Assembly (NCBI RefSeq): GCF_044704955.1
Contig: NC_091987.1
Location: 148,304,001 to 148,368,000 of the forward strand
Direction of reading: 5' to 3'
DNA from: Pristiophorus japonicus
Lineage: Eukaryota
Length of the DNA: 64,000 bases
Position numbers and translations under genes: made by a program
Part shown: one piece after another, positions 1 to 11,835 of the stretch
Layout of the letters: each line of letters opens with the position of its first letter
Position numbering within the stretch: the first letter of the stretch is position 1
The notes under the pieces: generated by a model
What the model saw: the letters and a program-made list of their open reading frames with translations, nothing else
Databases searched by the model: none
Told to the model about the DNA's origin: nothing

Positions 1-2527
1 ACCAAATAGTAGTAGTGAGGTTGGGGACAGCATCAAACAAGAAATAAAGGACGTGTGCAATAAAGGTACAGCAGTAATCATGGGCGACTTTAATCTACAT
101 ATAGATTGGGCTAACCTAACTGGTAGCAATGCGGTGGAGCAGGATTCCCTGGAGTGTATTAGGGATGATATGTCGAGGAACCAACCAGGGAGCTGGTCAT
201 CCTAGACTGGGTGATGTGTAATGAGAAGGAATTAATTAGCAATCTTGTTGTGCGAGGCCCTTTGGGGAAAAGTGACCATAATATGGTAGAATTCTTTATT
301 AAGATGGAGAGTGACAAAGTTAATTTGGAAACTAGGGTCCTGAACTTAAGAGAAGGTAACTTCGACAGTATGAGGTGTGAATTGGCTAGAATAAACTTAA
401 AGGGTTGACGGTGGATAAGCAATGGCAAACATTTAAAGATCACATGGATGAACTTCAGCAATTATACATCCCTGTCTGGAGTAAAAATAAAACTGGGAAG
501 ATGGCTCAACAATGGCGAACAAGGGAAATTAAGGATAATGTTAAAACCAAGGAAGAGGCATACAAATTGGCTAGAAAAAGCAACAAACCTGAGGACTGGG
601 AGGAATTTAGAATTCAACAGAGGAGGACTAAGGGTTTAATTAAAGGGAAAATAGAGTACAAGAGGAAGCTTGCAGCGAACATAAAAACTGACTGCAAAAG
701 CTTCTATAAATATGTGAAGAGAAAAAGATTAGTAAAGACAAGCATAGGTCCCTTGCAGTCGGATTCAGGTGAATTTATAATGGGGAACAAAGAAATGGCA
801 GACCAATTGAACCAATACTTCAGTTCTGTCTTCACAAAGGAAGACACAAATAACCTTCCGAATGTACTAGGGGACAGTGGGTCTAGTGAGAATGAGGAAC
901 TGAAAGATACCCTTATTAGGCGGGAAATTGTGTTCGGGAAATTGATGGGATTAAAGGCCGATAAATCCCCAGGTCCTGATAGTCTGCATCCCAGAGTACT
1001 TAAGGAAGTGGCCTTGAAATAGTGGATGCATTGGTGATCATTTTCCAACAATCTATCGACTCTGGATCAGTTCCTATGGACTGAAGGGTAGCTAATGTAA
1101 CGCCACTTTTAAAAAAAGGAGGGAGCGAGAAAGCGGTAAATTATAGACCGGTTGGCCTGACATCAGTGGTGGGGAAAATGTTGGAATCAATCATTAAGGA
1201 TGAAATAGCAGCCCATTTGGAAAGCAGTGACAGGATCGGTCCAAGTCAGCATGGATTTATGAAAGGGAAATCATGCTTGACGAATCTTCTGGAATTTTTT
1301 GAGGTTGTAACTAGTAGCGTGGACAAGGGAGAACCAGTCGATGTGGTGTATTTGGACTTTCAAAAGGCTTTTGACAAGGTCCAGTACAAGAGATTGGTGT
1401 ACAAAGTCAAAGCGCATGGTAGTGGGGGTAATATACTGACGTGGATAGAGAACTGGTTGGCAGACAGGTAGCAGAGAGTAGGGATAAACGGATCTTTTTC
1501 AGAATGGCAGGCAGTTACTCGTGGGGTGCCGCAGGGCTCAGTGTGGGACCCCAGCTCTTTACACTATACATTAACGATTTGGATGAAGGACTAGAGTGTA
1601 ATATCTCCAAGTTTGCGGATGACACTAAACTGGGTGGCGGTGTGAGCTGTGAGGAGGACGCTAAGAGGCTGCTGGGTGACTTGGACAGATTAGGTGAGTG
1701 GGCAAATACATGGCAGATGCAGTATAATGTGGATAAATGTGAGGTTATCCATTTGGGGGCAAAAACACAAAGGCAGAATATTATCTGAATGACGGCAGAC
1801 TAAAAAAAGGGGAGGTGCAATGAGACCTGGGTGTCATGGTTCATCAGTCACTGAAAGTGGGCATGCAGGTACAGCAGGCGGTAAAGAAGGCAAATGGTAT
1901 GTTGGCCTTCATAGCTAAGGGATTTAAATATAGGAGCAGGGAGGTCTTACTGCAGTTGTACAAGGCCTTAGTGAGGAATATTGTGTTCAATTTTGGTCTC
2001 CTAGTCTGAGGAAGGACGTTCTTGCTATTGAGGGAGTGCAACGAAGGTTCACCAGACTGATTCCAGGGATGGCTGGGCTGTCATATGAGGAGAGACTGGA
2101 TCAACTGGGCCTTTATTCACTGGTGTTTAGAAGGATCAGAGGGGATCTCATAGAAACATATAAGATACTGACGGGACTGGACAGGTTAGATGCGGAAAGA
2201 ATGTTCTCGATGTTGGGGAAGTCCAGAACCAGGGGACATAGTCTTAGGATAAGGGGTAGGCCATTTAGGACTAAGATGAGGAGAAACTTCTTCACTCAGA
2301 GTTGTTAACCTGTGGAATTGCCTGCCGCAGAGAGTTGTTGATGCCAGTTCATTGAATATATTCAAGAGGGAGTTAGATATGGCCCTTACGGTTAAGGGGG
2401 ATCAAGGGGTATGCAGAGAAAGCAGGAAAGGGGTACTGAAGGAATGATCAGCCATGATCTTATTGAATGGTGGTGCAGGCTCGAAGGGCTGAATGGCCTA
2501 CTCCTGCATCTATTTTCTATGTTTTTT
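1..2527 (+). mobile_element. CR1 LINE, degraded ORF2 (end of APE endonuclease + RT) and 3' tail; runs off the window start
   Basis: ORF fragments carry [47 protein letters not shown] and YEERLDQLGLYSL. The 3' end is GAATGGCCTACTCCTGC..TTTTCTATGT. Many stops and frameshifts. Confidence 0.93.
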
Positions 2528-2528
2528 C

Positions 2529-2654
2529 CTACCACCTAGAAGGACAAGTAGTAGGAGCATGGGAACACCACCACCTAAAAGTTCCCCTCCAAGTCACACA
2601 CCATCCTGACTTGGAAATATATCGTCGTTCCTTTGTCGTCGCTGGGTCAGAATC
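2529..2654 (+). mobile_element. short fragment of a different non-LTR retrotransposon (3' RT region)
   Basis: Non-CR1, non-satellite block (GGAACACCACCACC..AAGTTCCCCTCCAAGTCACACACCATCCTGACTTGGAAATATATCG) recognised by eye as a common fish LINE 3' segment. Family not assigned. Confidence 0.4.
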
Positions 2655-2861
2655 AGCCCAATGCTGTCGACAGGACAGGACAGCACACGTAGACTCTGCT
2701 CCCCAGCCCACTGCTGTCGACAGGACAGGACACACAGACTCTGCTCCCCAGCTCACTGCTGTAGACAGGACAGGGCAGGACAAACAGACTCTGCTCCCCA
2801 GCTCTCGGCTCTCGACAGGACACACACACTCTGCCCTCCACCCCACTGCTCTCGACAGGAC
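2655..2861. repeat. minisatellite, 35-bp core GACACACAGACTCTGCTCCCCAGCTCACTGCTCTC plus 1-3 GACAG (40-50 bp units)
   Basis: Direct tandem repetition. Confidence 0.95.
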
Positions 2862-4103
2862 AGGATGTTTCCAGTAGAGTGGACAAGGGAGAACCAGTTG
2901 ATGTGGTGTATTTGGACTTTCAGAAGGCTTTCGACAAGGTCCCACACAAGAGATTAATGTGCAAAGTTAAAGCACATGGGATTGGGGGTAGTGTGCTGAC
3001 GTGGATTGAGAACTGGTTGGCAGACAGGAAGCAAAGAGTAGGAGTAAATGGGGACTTTTCAGAATGGCAGGCAGTGACTAGTGGGGTACTGCAAGGTTCT
3101 GTGCTAGGGCCCCAGCTGTTTACATTGTACATTAATGATTTAGACGAGGGGATTAAATGTAGTATCTTCAAATTTGCGGATGACACTAAGTTGGGTGGCA
3201 GTGTGAGCTGCGAGGAGGATGCTATGAGGCTGCAGAGCAACTTGGATAGGTTAGGTTAGTGGGCAAATGCATAGCAGATGAAGTATAATGTGGATAAATG
3301 TGAGGTTATCCACTTTGGTGGTAAAAACAGAGAGACAGACTATTATCTGAATGGTGACAGATTAGGAAAAGGGGAGATGCAACGAGACCTGGGTGTCATG
3401 GTACATCAGTCATTGAAGGTTGGCATGCAGGTACAGCATGCGGTTAAGAAAGCAAATGGCATGTTGGCCTTCATAGCGAGGGGATTTGAGTACAGGGGCA
3501 GGGAGGTGTTACTACAGTTGTACAGGGCCTTGGTGAGGCCACACCTGGAGTATTGTGTACAGTTTTGGTCTCCTAACTTGAGGAAGGACATTCTTGCTAT
3601 TGAGGGAGTGCAGCGAAGATTCACCAGACTGATTCCCAGGATGGCAGGACTGACATATCAAGAAAGACTGGATCAACTGGGCTTGTATTCACTGGAGTTC
3701 AGAAGAATGAGAGGGGATCTCATAGAAACGTTTAAAATTCTGACAGGTTTAGACAGGTTAGATGCAGGAAGAATGTTCCCAATGTTGGGGAAGTCCAGAA
3801 CCAGGGGTCACAGTCTAAGGATAAGGGGTAAGCCATTTAGGACCGAGATGAGGAGAAACTTCTTCACCCAGAGAGTGGTGAACCTGTGGAATTCTCTACC
3901 ACAGAAAGTTGTTGAGGCCAATTCACTAAATATATTCAAAAAGGAGTTAGATGTAGTCCTTACTACTAGGGGGATCAAGGGATATGGCGAGAAAGCAGGA
4001 ATGGGATACTGAAGTTGCATGTTCAGCCATGAACTCATTGAATGGCGGTGCAGGCTCAAAGGGCCGAATGGCCTACTCCTGCACCTATTTTCTATGTTTC
4101 TAT
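2862..4103 (+). mobile_element. 5'-truncated CR1 LINE (RT C-half + tail) inserted in the minisatellite
   Basis: ORFs 2879-3259 and 3278-4012 ([42 protein letters not shown]). Tail TTTCTATGTTTCTATG. Nearly identical to the CR1 at 62228-63470. Confidence 0.95.
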
Positions 4104-4932
4104 GACACACAGACTCTGCTTCGCAGCTCACGGCTCTCGACAGGACAGGAGACACAGCCTCTACTCCCCAGCTCACGGCTCTCAACAGGATGGGACACAC
4201 AGACTCTGCTCCCCAGCTCACTGCTGTAGACAGGACAGGGCAGGACACACAGATTCTGCTCCCCAGCTCACTGCTCTTGACAGTACGGGACACGTAGCCT
4301 CTGCTCCCCAGCTCACTGCTCTCGACAGGGCACACAGCCTCTGCTCCCCAGCTCACTGCTCTCGACAGGACACACAGCCTCTGCTCCCCAGTTCACTGCT
4401 CTCGACAGGACATACATCCTCTGCTCCCCAGCTCACTGCTTTCGACAGGACACACAGACTCTGCTCCCCAGCCCACGGCTCTCGACAGGGCACACAAACT
4501 CTGCTCCCCAGCCCACTGCTCTCGACAGGACAGGACACACAGACTCTGCACCCCAGCTCACGGCTCTCGACAGAGCACACAGACTCTGCTCCCCAGCTCA
4601 CTACTCTCGACAGGACAGGACAGGACACACAGAGTCTGCTCCCCAGCTTACTGCTCTTGACAGGACAGGACCAGGACACACAGACTCTGCTCCCCAGCTC
4701 ACTGCTCTCGACAGGTCAGAACAGGACACACAGACTCTGCTCCCCAGCTCACTGTTCTCAACAGAAGAGGGCAGGACACACAGACTCTGCCCCCCAGCTC
4801 ACGGCTCTCGACAGGACAGGACACACAGACTCTGCTCTCCAGCTCACTGCTCTCGACAGCACAGGACAGGACACACAGACTCTGCTCCCCAGCTCACTGC
4901 ACTCGACAGGACAGGACAGGACACACAGACTC
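4104..4932. repeat. same 40-50 bp minisatellite
   Basis: Tandem repeats. Confidence 0.95.
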
Positions 4933-5208
4933 TGTCATGTATGTAACTAGCATACAACTGTAACCTTCATGTAATTGTAACCTTCATGTAACCACTGCAT
5001 ACTGTACATACATCCTAGAAATGCACACCTTGACCGCAGGGGGTGAACTTGTGGGAGTCACTCCTTACCTGGGCATCCAGGTATATAAAGGGAGGTCTCA
5101 CGCAGGGTCAGCACTTCTTGGTCCTGGGAATAAAGGTTAAGGTCACTGAGTGAACGTGTCTGCAGTATGTGCCTCATGTGATTATGTACAAGGGCTGAGG
5201 ACACCACA
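4933..5208 (+). repeat. 5' LTR of Gypsy copy A (276 bp, TG..CA)
   Basis: TGTCATG...CACCACA with TATATAAA and AATAAA. Matches 20035-20310. Confidence 0.9.
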
Positions 5209-5210
5209 TT

Positions 5211-5228
5211 TGGCGACGAGAAATGGGA
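5211..5228 (+). promoter_or_regulatory. primer-binding site, tRNA-Ser(GCT)-like
   Basis: TGGCGACGAG lies 2 nt after the LTR and is complementary to ..CUCGUCGCCA, as is typical of the Mag clade. Confidence 0.85.
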
Positions 5229-7621
5229 ATCACTGAACCCAGACGATGGCCACCGGTAGCACAGAGGAACGTTACTGTGTGGGTGAGGATTGGACGATTT
5301 CATGGAGAGACTCCAGCAGAGCCACGAAGGACTGGCTGAGAGGAAGTGGCTGACAAGCAGAGGGCACATCTACTGATTAGCTGCAGGACAAAGACGTATG
5401 CGTTGATGAAAGACCTGCTCGCACCCTAAAAGCCGGCCGACAAGTCCTTCGAAGAGCTCAGCCAGCTGATTACTAAAACCGGCGAGCAGCATACACATGG
5501 CCCGGCACCGGTTCTACACACACCGGCGTCGGGAAGGGCAAAACATCTTGGACTTTGTTGCAGACCTGCGGCGCTTGGCCAGTCTCTGTAAGTTCACAGA
5601 CGCCTGTAGGGGGGAAATGTTAAAGGATTTTTTCATTGAGGGAATTCGTCATGCCAGGATCTTCAGGAAGCTCATTGAGTCTAAGGACTTGACTTTAGAA
5701 AGGGTGGCATTGATAGCTCAGACTTTCATAGCAGGGGAAGAGGATACCAAGCTAATTTATGCACGCATTTGGGTCCAACGTGGTGATGGACCAGGGAGTT
5801 AACATGGTGAATGTGGCTCAGGACCTCGCAGGCAGTCAAGGGCATATCGAAACCGCCCAAGCAGCAACAGACTCTAGGGTGGGCCTGCAACAGGGACAAT
5901 GGAAAGGGGAGCGGCAATTCACGCCATATAGAGGAACAATGCGCCATGTGTTGGGTCCATTAACATCCACCACCAGAGTGCATAGAAACAACCAAAGGGA
6001 CAATCAGAGAGGAATGCCTGGTAACAGTCCTTTTGTTAACAACAATCTCAGCCGATGCTGGAGGTGTGGGAGCAGACATAATGTGAAAAGCTGCAAGTTT
6101 CAGCAGTTGTAATGTCAGAGGACTTTGGGCTAGAATGTGCAGAAAGGCTGTAGCGAGGCTAATCTATGAGACAGAGGAATCAGACGAGGGGCCTGCAATG
6201 CAGGACGATGCTTGGGGCAAAGCCATGGATGCTGAAGTTCAGCGGGTTCATGTGGCTGACGTCCACAGCTGATACACCAAAACGCCACCCATGATGATGA
6301 ATGTTTTATTAAATGGCATCCCCGTGCGCATGAAGCTGGATATGGGAGCCAGCCAGTCCCTCATGAGTGCCCAACAATTTGAGACACACAGAGCTAGCAG
6401 GCCCAAACTGGAATGCATTGACACGCAGCTACGCACATACACCAAAGAGATAATTCCAGTGCTAGGCAGTGCAAACTTAGTGGTAACACACAATGGATCA
6501 CAGAACCAGCTGCCACTCTGGATTGTTCCGGAAAATGGCCCCGCGCTTTTGGGGAGGAGCTGGCTAGCTGAGATGAACTGGAAATGGGGGGATGTGCATG
6601 CCATTTCATCTGTGGAGCAAAGTTCATGCTCACAGGTCCTACAAAAATTCGGGTCACTGTTTCAACTTGGTGTCGGAATGTTTAAGAGCACCAAAGTAGT
6701 GGTACACATCACCCCAGATGCCAGACCAGTGCACCACAAAGCCAGAGTGGTGCCGTATGTGATGCGTGAGAAAATTTAAAGTGAATTGGACAGGCTGCTC
6801 AGAGAGGGCATAATTTCGCCCGTTGAATTCAGCGACTGGGCAAGTCCCATTGTTCCTGTCCTTAAAGCGAATGGCTCGGTCAGGATCTGCGACGACTACA
6901 AAGCCACCATCAACCGAGTGTTGCTGCAGGACCAATACCCACTCCCGAGAGTGGAGGACCTTTTTGCCACACTGGCAGGTGTCAAGCTGTTCACTAAGTT
7001 GGACCTCACTTCGGCCTACATGACTCAGGAACTGGCTGAAGAATCCAAGCTTCTGACCACCATCACGACGTAGAAGGTTTATTTATCTACAACAGGTGCC
7101 CATTTGGAATCCGTTCGGTGGCCGCCATCTTTCAGAGAAACATGGAAAGTTTGCTTAAATCTATCCCCGGCACATTCGTATTCCAAGAAGACATCCTAAT
7201 AATGGGACGAGATGCCAAGGAACACCTCCACAACCTGGAGGAGGTGCTACGCCGACTGGACCGGGTAGGCCTGTGGCTGAAAAAGGCCAAGTGTGTGTTT
7301 TTGGCCCCAGAGATCGAGTTTTTGGGCAGGAGGGTTGCCGCAGACGGGATCCAGCCCACCAAATCCAAAATGGAGGCGATCCGTCGTGCGCCACGGCCCG
7401 GCAACACATCGGAGTTGCGATCGTTCCTGGGACTTTTGAACTATTTTGGGAACTTTCTGCCGAACTTAAGTGTTGGAGCCATTACACGTGCTCCTGCGTA
7501 AGGATTGTGCATAGTTTTGGGGGGATTGCCAAGAACGGGCTTTCAACAGGGTGCGGAACCTGCTTTCTTCGAACAAACTGTTGACTTTGTACGACCCCTG
7601 TAAAAAACTAGTTTTAACATG

Positions 7622-8932
7622 TGTAAGGGGTTTTCACAGGGTTGTTGTTGTGCCTTGGGTGTCTCTCTCTGGGCTTCTGCCCTCACAGCTTATGCCTGGC
7701 CTGTGAGGTACCCTGAGTGCTGCAAGAGCACCCCTGGAGAGACTGTGTCCACAGCTTATGAAGGGGGTTTTGAGACTCGTGCGTCCCCACAGCTTATGCC
7801 TAGCCTGTGAGGCACCTGTGAGTGTCAAACACTCCTAACCCCTTCTTCCCTAGCCTGTGACACACAGTTGAGCGTTTTCGAGGCGCTCCTAGCTTCCCTT
7901 ACACGGTTCTGACATAAGACTCACGATCAGGAGATGTAATACAATAGAACTGAGACAAGGTGATTCCAAGAGGAACTTTAGGCTTCCAATTTATTTGACA
8001 AGGTGTAACTCAACAAACAGCAATACACCAACAAAACAATCCCCCTAAATCCCACTAAAACGGACCCAACGAAAATCTTTACACCAGTTTAGCAGTACAA
8101 CGCCCAACCTCCCACCTTTCCTGGCCTAACTGAGTTGGGAGTTCTGGGGACCGGAGGTTATACTCACTACTGTGCCTTCCGCAGTCTGGTGGTTTGTTTC
8201 TTCTATCTTCGGTGTCTTCCGACACTGGTTTTCCTTCAGTGTCGAGAGGCTTGTGGTTGTGGTTGTTGAATCACAAGGGCAGGGAAAATCATCACTTCTT
8301 TTTTTCACTACGTCAGAAACCCCTTTTTTATAGCCAGATTATCCAGTCCGCCTCTCCTGCTGAAGTCGATTCTTCTCATTGGTGGACTTTTGATTTTGAA
8401 AAATGCAGCAGTTTGAGGTTTTTAGTTTTTTTTTTCCCCACTGATCTTAACCTACTCAAGGTTTGAGTGGGTGTTGATTGCATTGGCCTTCTGTAGCCAT
8501 TATGCTAGTCTGGCCTGAGCCAGATATTTCTATGTCTGATGAAAAAGGTGTTGGAATATGTATGTGGCGTTGTTTAAATGCTAATGTTTTCAAGGGGCAA
8601 GTTTCGAGGGTATACAGTTCCCAGACAATTTGATTAGTTCCAATGTCCAAACTGGCCCTTTTGATATTGACTCCACCCCTTTTCTTGCAGACCTTTTAAA
8701 AAATCCCAAATTCGATTAAAGTTCGTAGTTTCTTCCATGTGCACTTTAGGATTTCAAACTTTCTGGTAGATAGTTCCAAATTAAATTCCCTTTCCTATGA
8801 GTCCAAACACTGGGAGGGGTCTCCATTTGTGTCCCAAAGTTTTCCTTCCATCGGTTTCAATTCACAGCACAGACTGATCCCACATCCCTTTTCCTTCTGG
8901 GTAAAATGAGGGGGTTTTCGTCCTCCCCTACA
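7622..8932 (-). repeat. ERV 3' LTR (1311 bp)
   Basis: Plus strand reads TGTAAGGGG...CCCCTACA. Matches 18008-19312 apart from roughly 15-20 differences counted by eye. Confidence 0.96.
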
Positions 8933-8945
8933 TAATCCCCCATCT
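8933..8945 (-). promoter_or_regulatory. polypurine tract
   Basis: Minus strand AGATGGGGGATTA lies immediately before the TGTAGGGG start of the 3' LTR. Confidence 0.75.
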
Positions 8946-9312
8946 GACACAGTCAGACACCACTCGAGTGTGTCAAAGTTCAGGGTGCTGAGGAAACCCT
9001 AGGTCTCCCAAATTGCCCAACTTTCCCCAGTTTAACTCTAAACTGATCCCGTCGATATATATCGTAATTCCTTTTAACGCGTTACTAAACACAGAAATCC
9101 AACAGGTTACAATACACGACAGCAACATACATAAATGTAGTTAAGGTTACAGCAGTAATTGTACATTGAGTCTCATTTCGGTCTCAAACGTAAAACAAAG
9201 AAACCTGCCCTGCAAACTTCCCAGGATCCATGTATGAAAAACACAGTCATCCCTAGAAATAACAAAACCGCCTAAGTGTCGCGGTCAAGCTTTGTTTACA
9301 CACCTTGAGTGT

Positions 9313-11646
9313 TTAGCAACGGCTCTCCTGGCTGTGTAGTAGCCTGAGGAACTGCGTTCTTTTTCTTTTTCTCCTGAGCTTACAGCTTGTAACTAGCAGA
9401 TAAACTACAATCAGGAGTTGGCCGATTACTAAGGCATGCGATCCCACCCGGATCCATGCAGGTATGTCTGCCCGTATTCCCAAATCCCACCATGCTGGGG
9501 GTTTAATCTGGGCAATCTCCCCTGCTAGAATTTCAGTTTTCTGCTCCATGGTGTAAAAATGTTTTTGAGACAAATCCACTGCCTGGAGGAGGGCTGTAAG
9601 TTTCTCAGGTAGTGGGGCAATGGGATAGCCAAACTGGACGACATATAGTTGTAGATGGCTGAGGTTGTTTTGTACCGTGAGGTGAATCGTGGAAGGTTCA
9701 GGGATGGGTGTGATTCTGGTGTGTGCCACTTGAACCTCTGCCCTGGGTTTAAAGCAAAAGCTGCTGTACGGAATTGGACACCACCTTCCCGGTCCGTGTT
9801 CATACCGTTGGGCACTTGTGGTGACACAATATGTCCCACCGCCTACATATGCTACCTGTGGAGGCATGTGGTTAGGGGCCATTACCTCCATTGTGCAATT
9901 GATAGGCTCTGCCCCAGCAGTGCTGAACCCGCATTGTGGCCTTGCAAAAGCGTTCAAATGCTGGGGGCACAGGATTACCTGTGCTCCCCTGCTCCGACAA
10001 CCCGAGAGGTCTGTACCTGTCACAGTGTGCTCCCACATTGTGACATAAGGTGGGACCTCTTGGAATCGAACATGCACCCCTCCACGAATGACTCCCACAT
10101 TCTCCACTCAGTACAAGGGTGCTGGTCGTGGGGACGCCCCCATCACGGGCATCCTGACCACCACACCCATGATGGTATGATTTGACTTTCCACAGTCCAC
10201 CGGTACCGGGTAGGCTTCCGATGCTACACGAAGTTGGCAAGGACTCAAAACATTATCGTAAGGGTGCAGTGCTGCTAAGTGCTGGTTGCTGATCCAGGAG
10301 GGGACCTGTCCCTGTCTCAGATCCTCGAGGTTACTCCGTCCCTGTCCCAGCAACCAGGCCCCATAGAGCACGCACACCTCATTTTGGGCGGCTTGATTGG
10401 AGGCGTTTCTATCCTCCCGGATCAAGGCGTTTACAGCCCTGGCCCGCACCTCCAATTGAGAGATAATCTCCTTTAAGTGAACTGTCATTGCCACCTCTTC
10501 GTGGAGCGCGGATCCCACTACGGTATTCTCGTCCCCCAGGACTTTGCGCAGCTGATTCTTCAACCCATTTATCTGGAGGGCCAGCTGCATGTTATCCAAA
10601 CTGTTTATGGCGGACGCCCTGGTGTTAAACCCCGTAAGAATGTCATTTAAAGTGCCACGCTTCTGCCTGCCCGGTTCGGCCCTATCCCACTGTTTATACA
10701 AGTCTGTCACTTTGACATCCCCGAAGTCCAGTTCATAGAACTTCCGGAACATCTCCCGCAGCAGAGCCTGGTATAACAGCTCAGTTTCCCGGGGACACCA
10801 AATAGGTAGGCGGACTTCTGTCAGATTTAGCACCACTGATGCCACTGTGTAGTGTACCCCCTGATAAAATAGTTTCTCGGTAGGGACCAACACTAAACCA
10901 TTCCCCGGCTCCCTGATTGTTGTCGGGCACTCGTGTGGGACGGTGGGCTTGGCCGTGGGTGGGGGTTTTCTTTCCTGAACTACAAGTTCGGTGGCATTTA
11001 CTGGTACCCGGGGATTGGGGGTCACACACGCCTCCCCGCTGCGATCCCATACCACCCCATCCCCGACATCCTGCCACCACCTATAAAAAGCAATGGTGAC
11101 CCCCTCTGAACACACGCGAATGGATCCCCACATACACAAATAAATTCCTTGGTCGTACGCCCACCATTTCTCCCAGCACACCGTGACCCCGCCAGATGAC
11201 CCCATGATGGTTCGGTATGTATCATTATCCAGACGTTCCCAGTCCGAGTGTCGGTCTCCCATGTCCCTCTTGAGCTTTCTGAGCCACCACCACCGTCCCA
11301 GAGGTATGTCCCCTTGGCAAGTTAGGCATACCTTCCTGCCTTCTGTCACTCTCACTCTGGAAGTGGCCACAGTGATCTCCGGGCAGGGGACGGAGGCCTC
11401 TCCGTAGGTAAAGTCCTTATGGTTGGAGTACTTGGTGGAGTTTGATCCCAACCATCCAGGCCATTTCCCCTTGTGGGAGTAGGTGACCCGGCCATCCGCC
11501 ACCGGAGTCCCTTCTCCTGTGGTCACTGTCGGCGCTCTGCCCCCGGAGCATCCGAAAACTAGGGAGTCCTCGGTGTCCCCTCGGTGCCCGGTGCAGATCC
11601 TTAGCGATACCAGCATCACTAACGTCCAGTAGGGAGGTGTTGACAT
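9313..11646 (-). pseudogene. env: env glycoprotein, ~777 codons with one internal TGA (10108-10110): signal peptide, Ig-like domain, furin site RQKR, heptad repeats, Cys-rich region, TM, basic tail
   Basis: ORFs 10108-11703 and 9313-10107 are in frame and separated by one TGA (probably CGA>TGA, LY[R]VENVG). Signal peptide MSTPPYWTLVMLVSLRICTG; RQKR at 10657-10668; TM HALVIGQLLIVVYLLVTSC followed by KLRRKRKR. Confidence 0.9.
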
Positions 11647-11665
11647 CTGAAAGGCAAGAAGAACA
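11647..11665 (-). promoter_or_regulatory. env splice acceptor directly abutting the env ATG
   Basis: Minus strand TGTTCTTCTTGCCTTTCAG|ATGTCA (polypyrimidine tract + CAG). Confidence 0.7.
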
Positions 11666-11835
11666 TGGCCTTGCCTTGAGAGACCTCTCCAGGCTCGGCC
11701 CACTTAACATGCTCCAAACACAAAAATGCTGTACCCAACCGTCACTGCCTTACCTAAACACATATACTCACAACACAAAGTAACAAAACAGGAAGGGAAA
11801 ATATACACACCGCCACCCGTCCCCGGGTGGCCAGG

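Noticed and set aside
3808-4950. minisatellite ORFs (also at 19565-20065 and 22564-23312)
   Set aside because: They are translations of the 40-50 bp repeat. The apparent RH-repeat fusion is a truncation junction.
10108-10110. programmed readthrough within env
   Set aside because: The context TGA-GTG is not leaky, and CGA>TGA deamination explains it simply.
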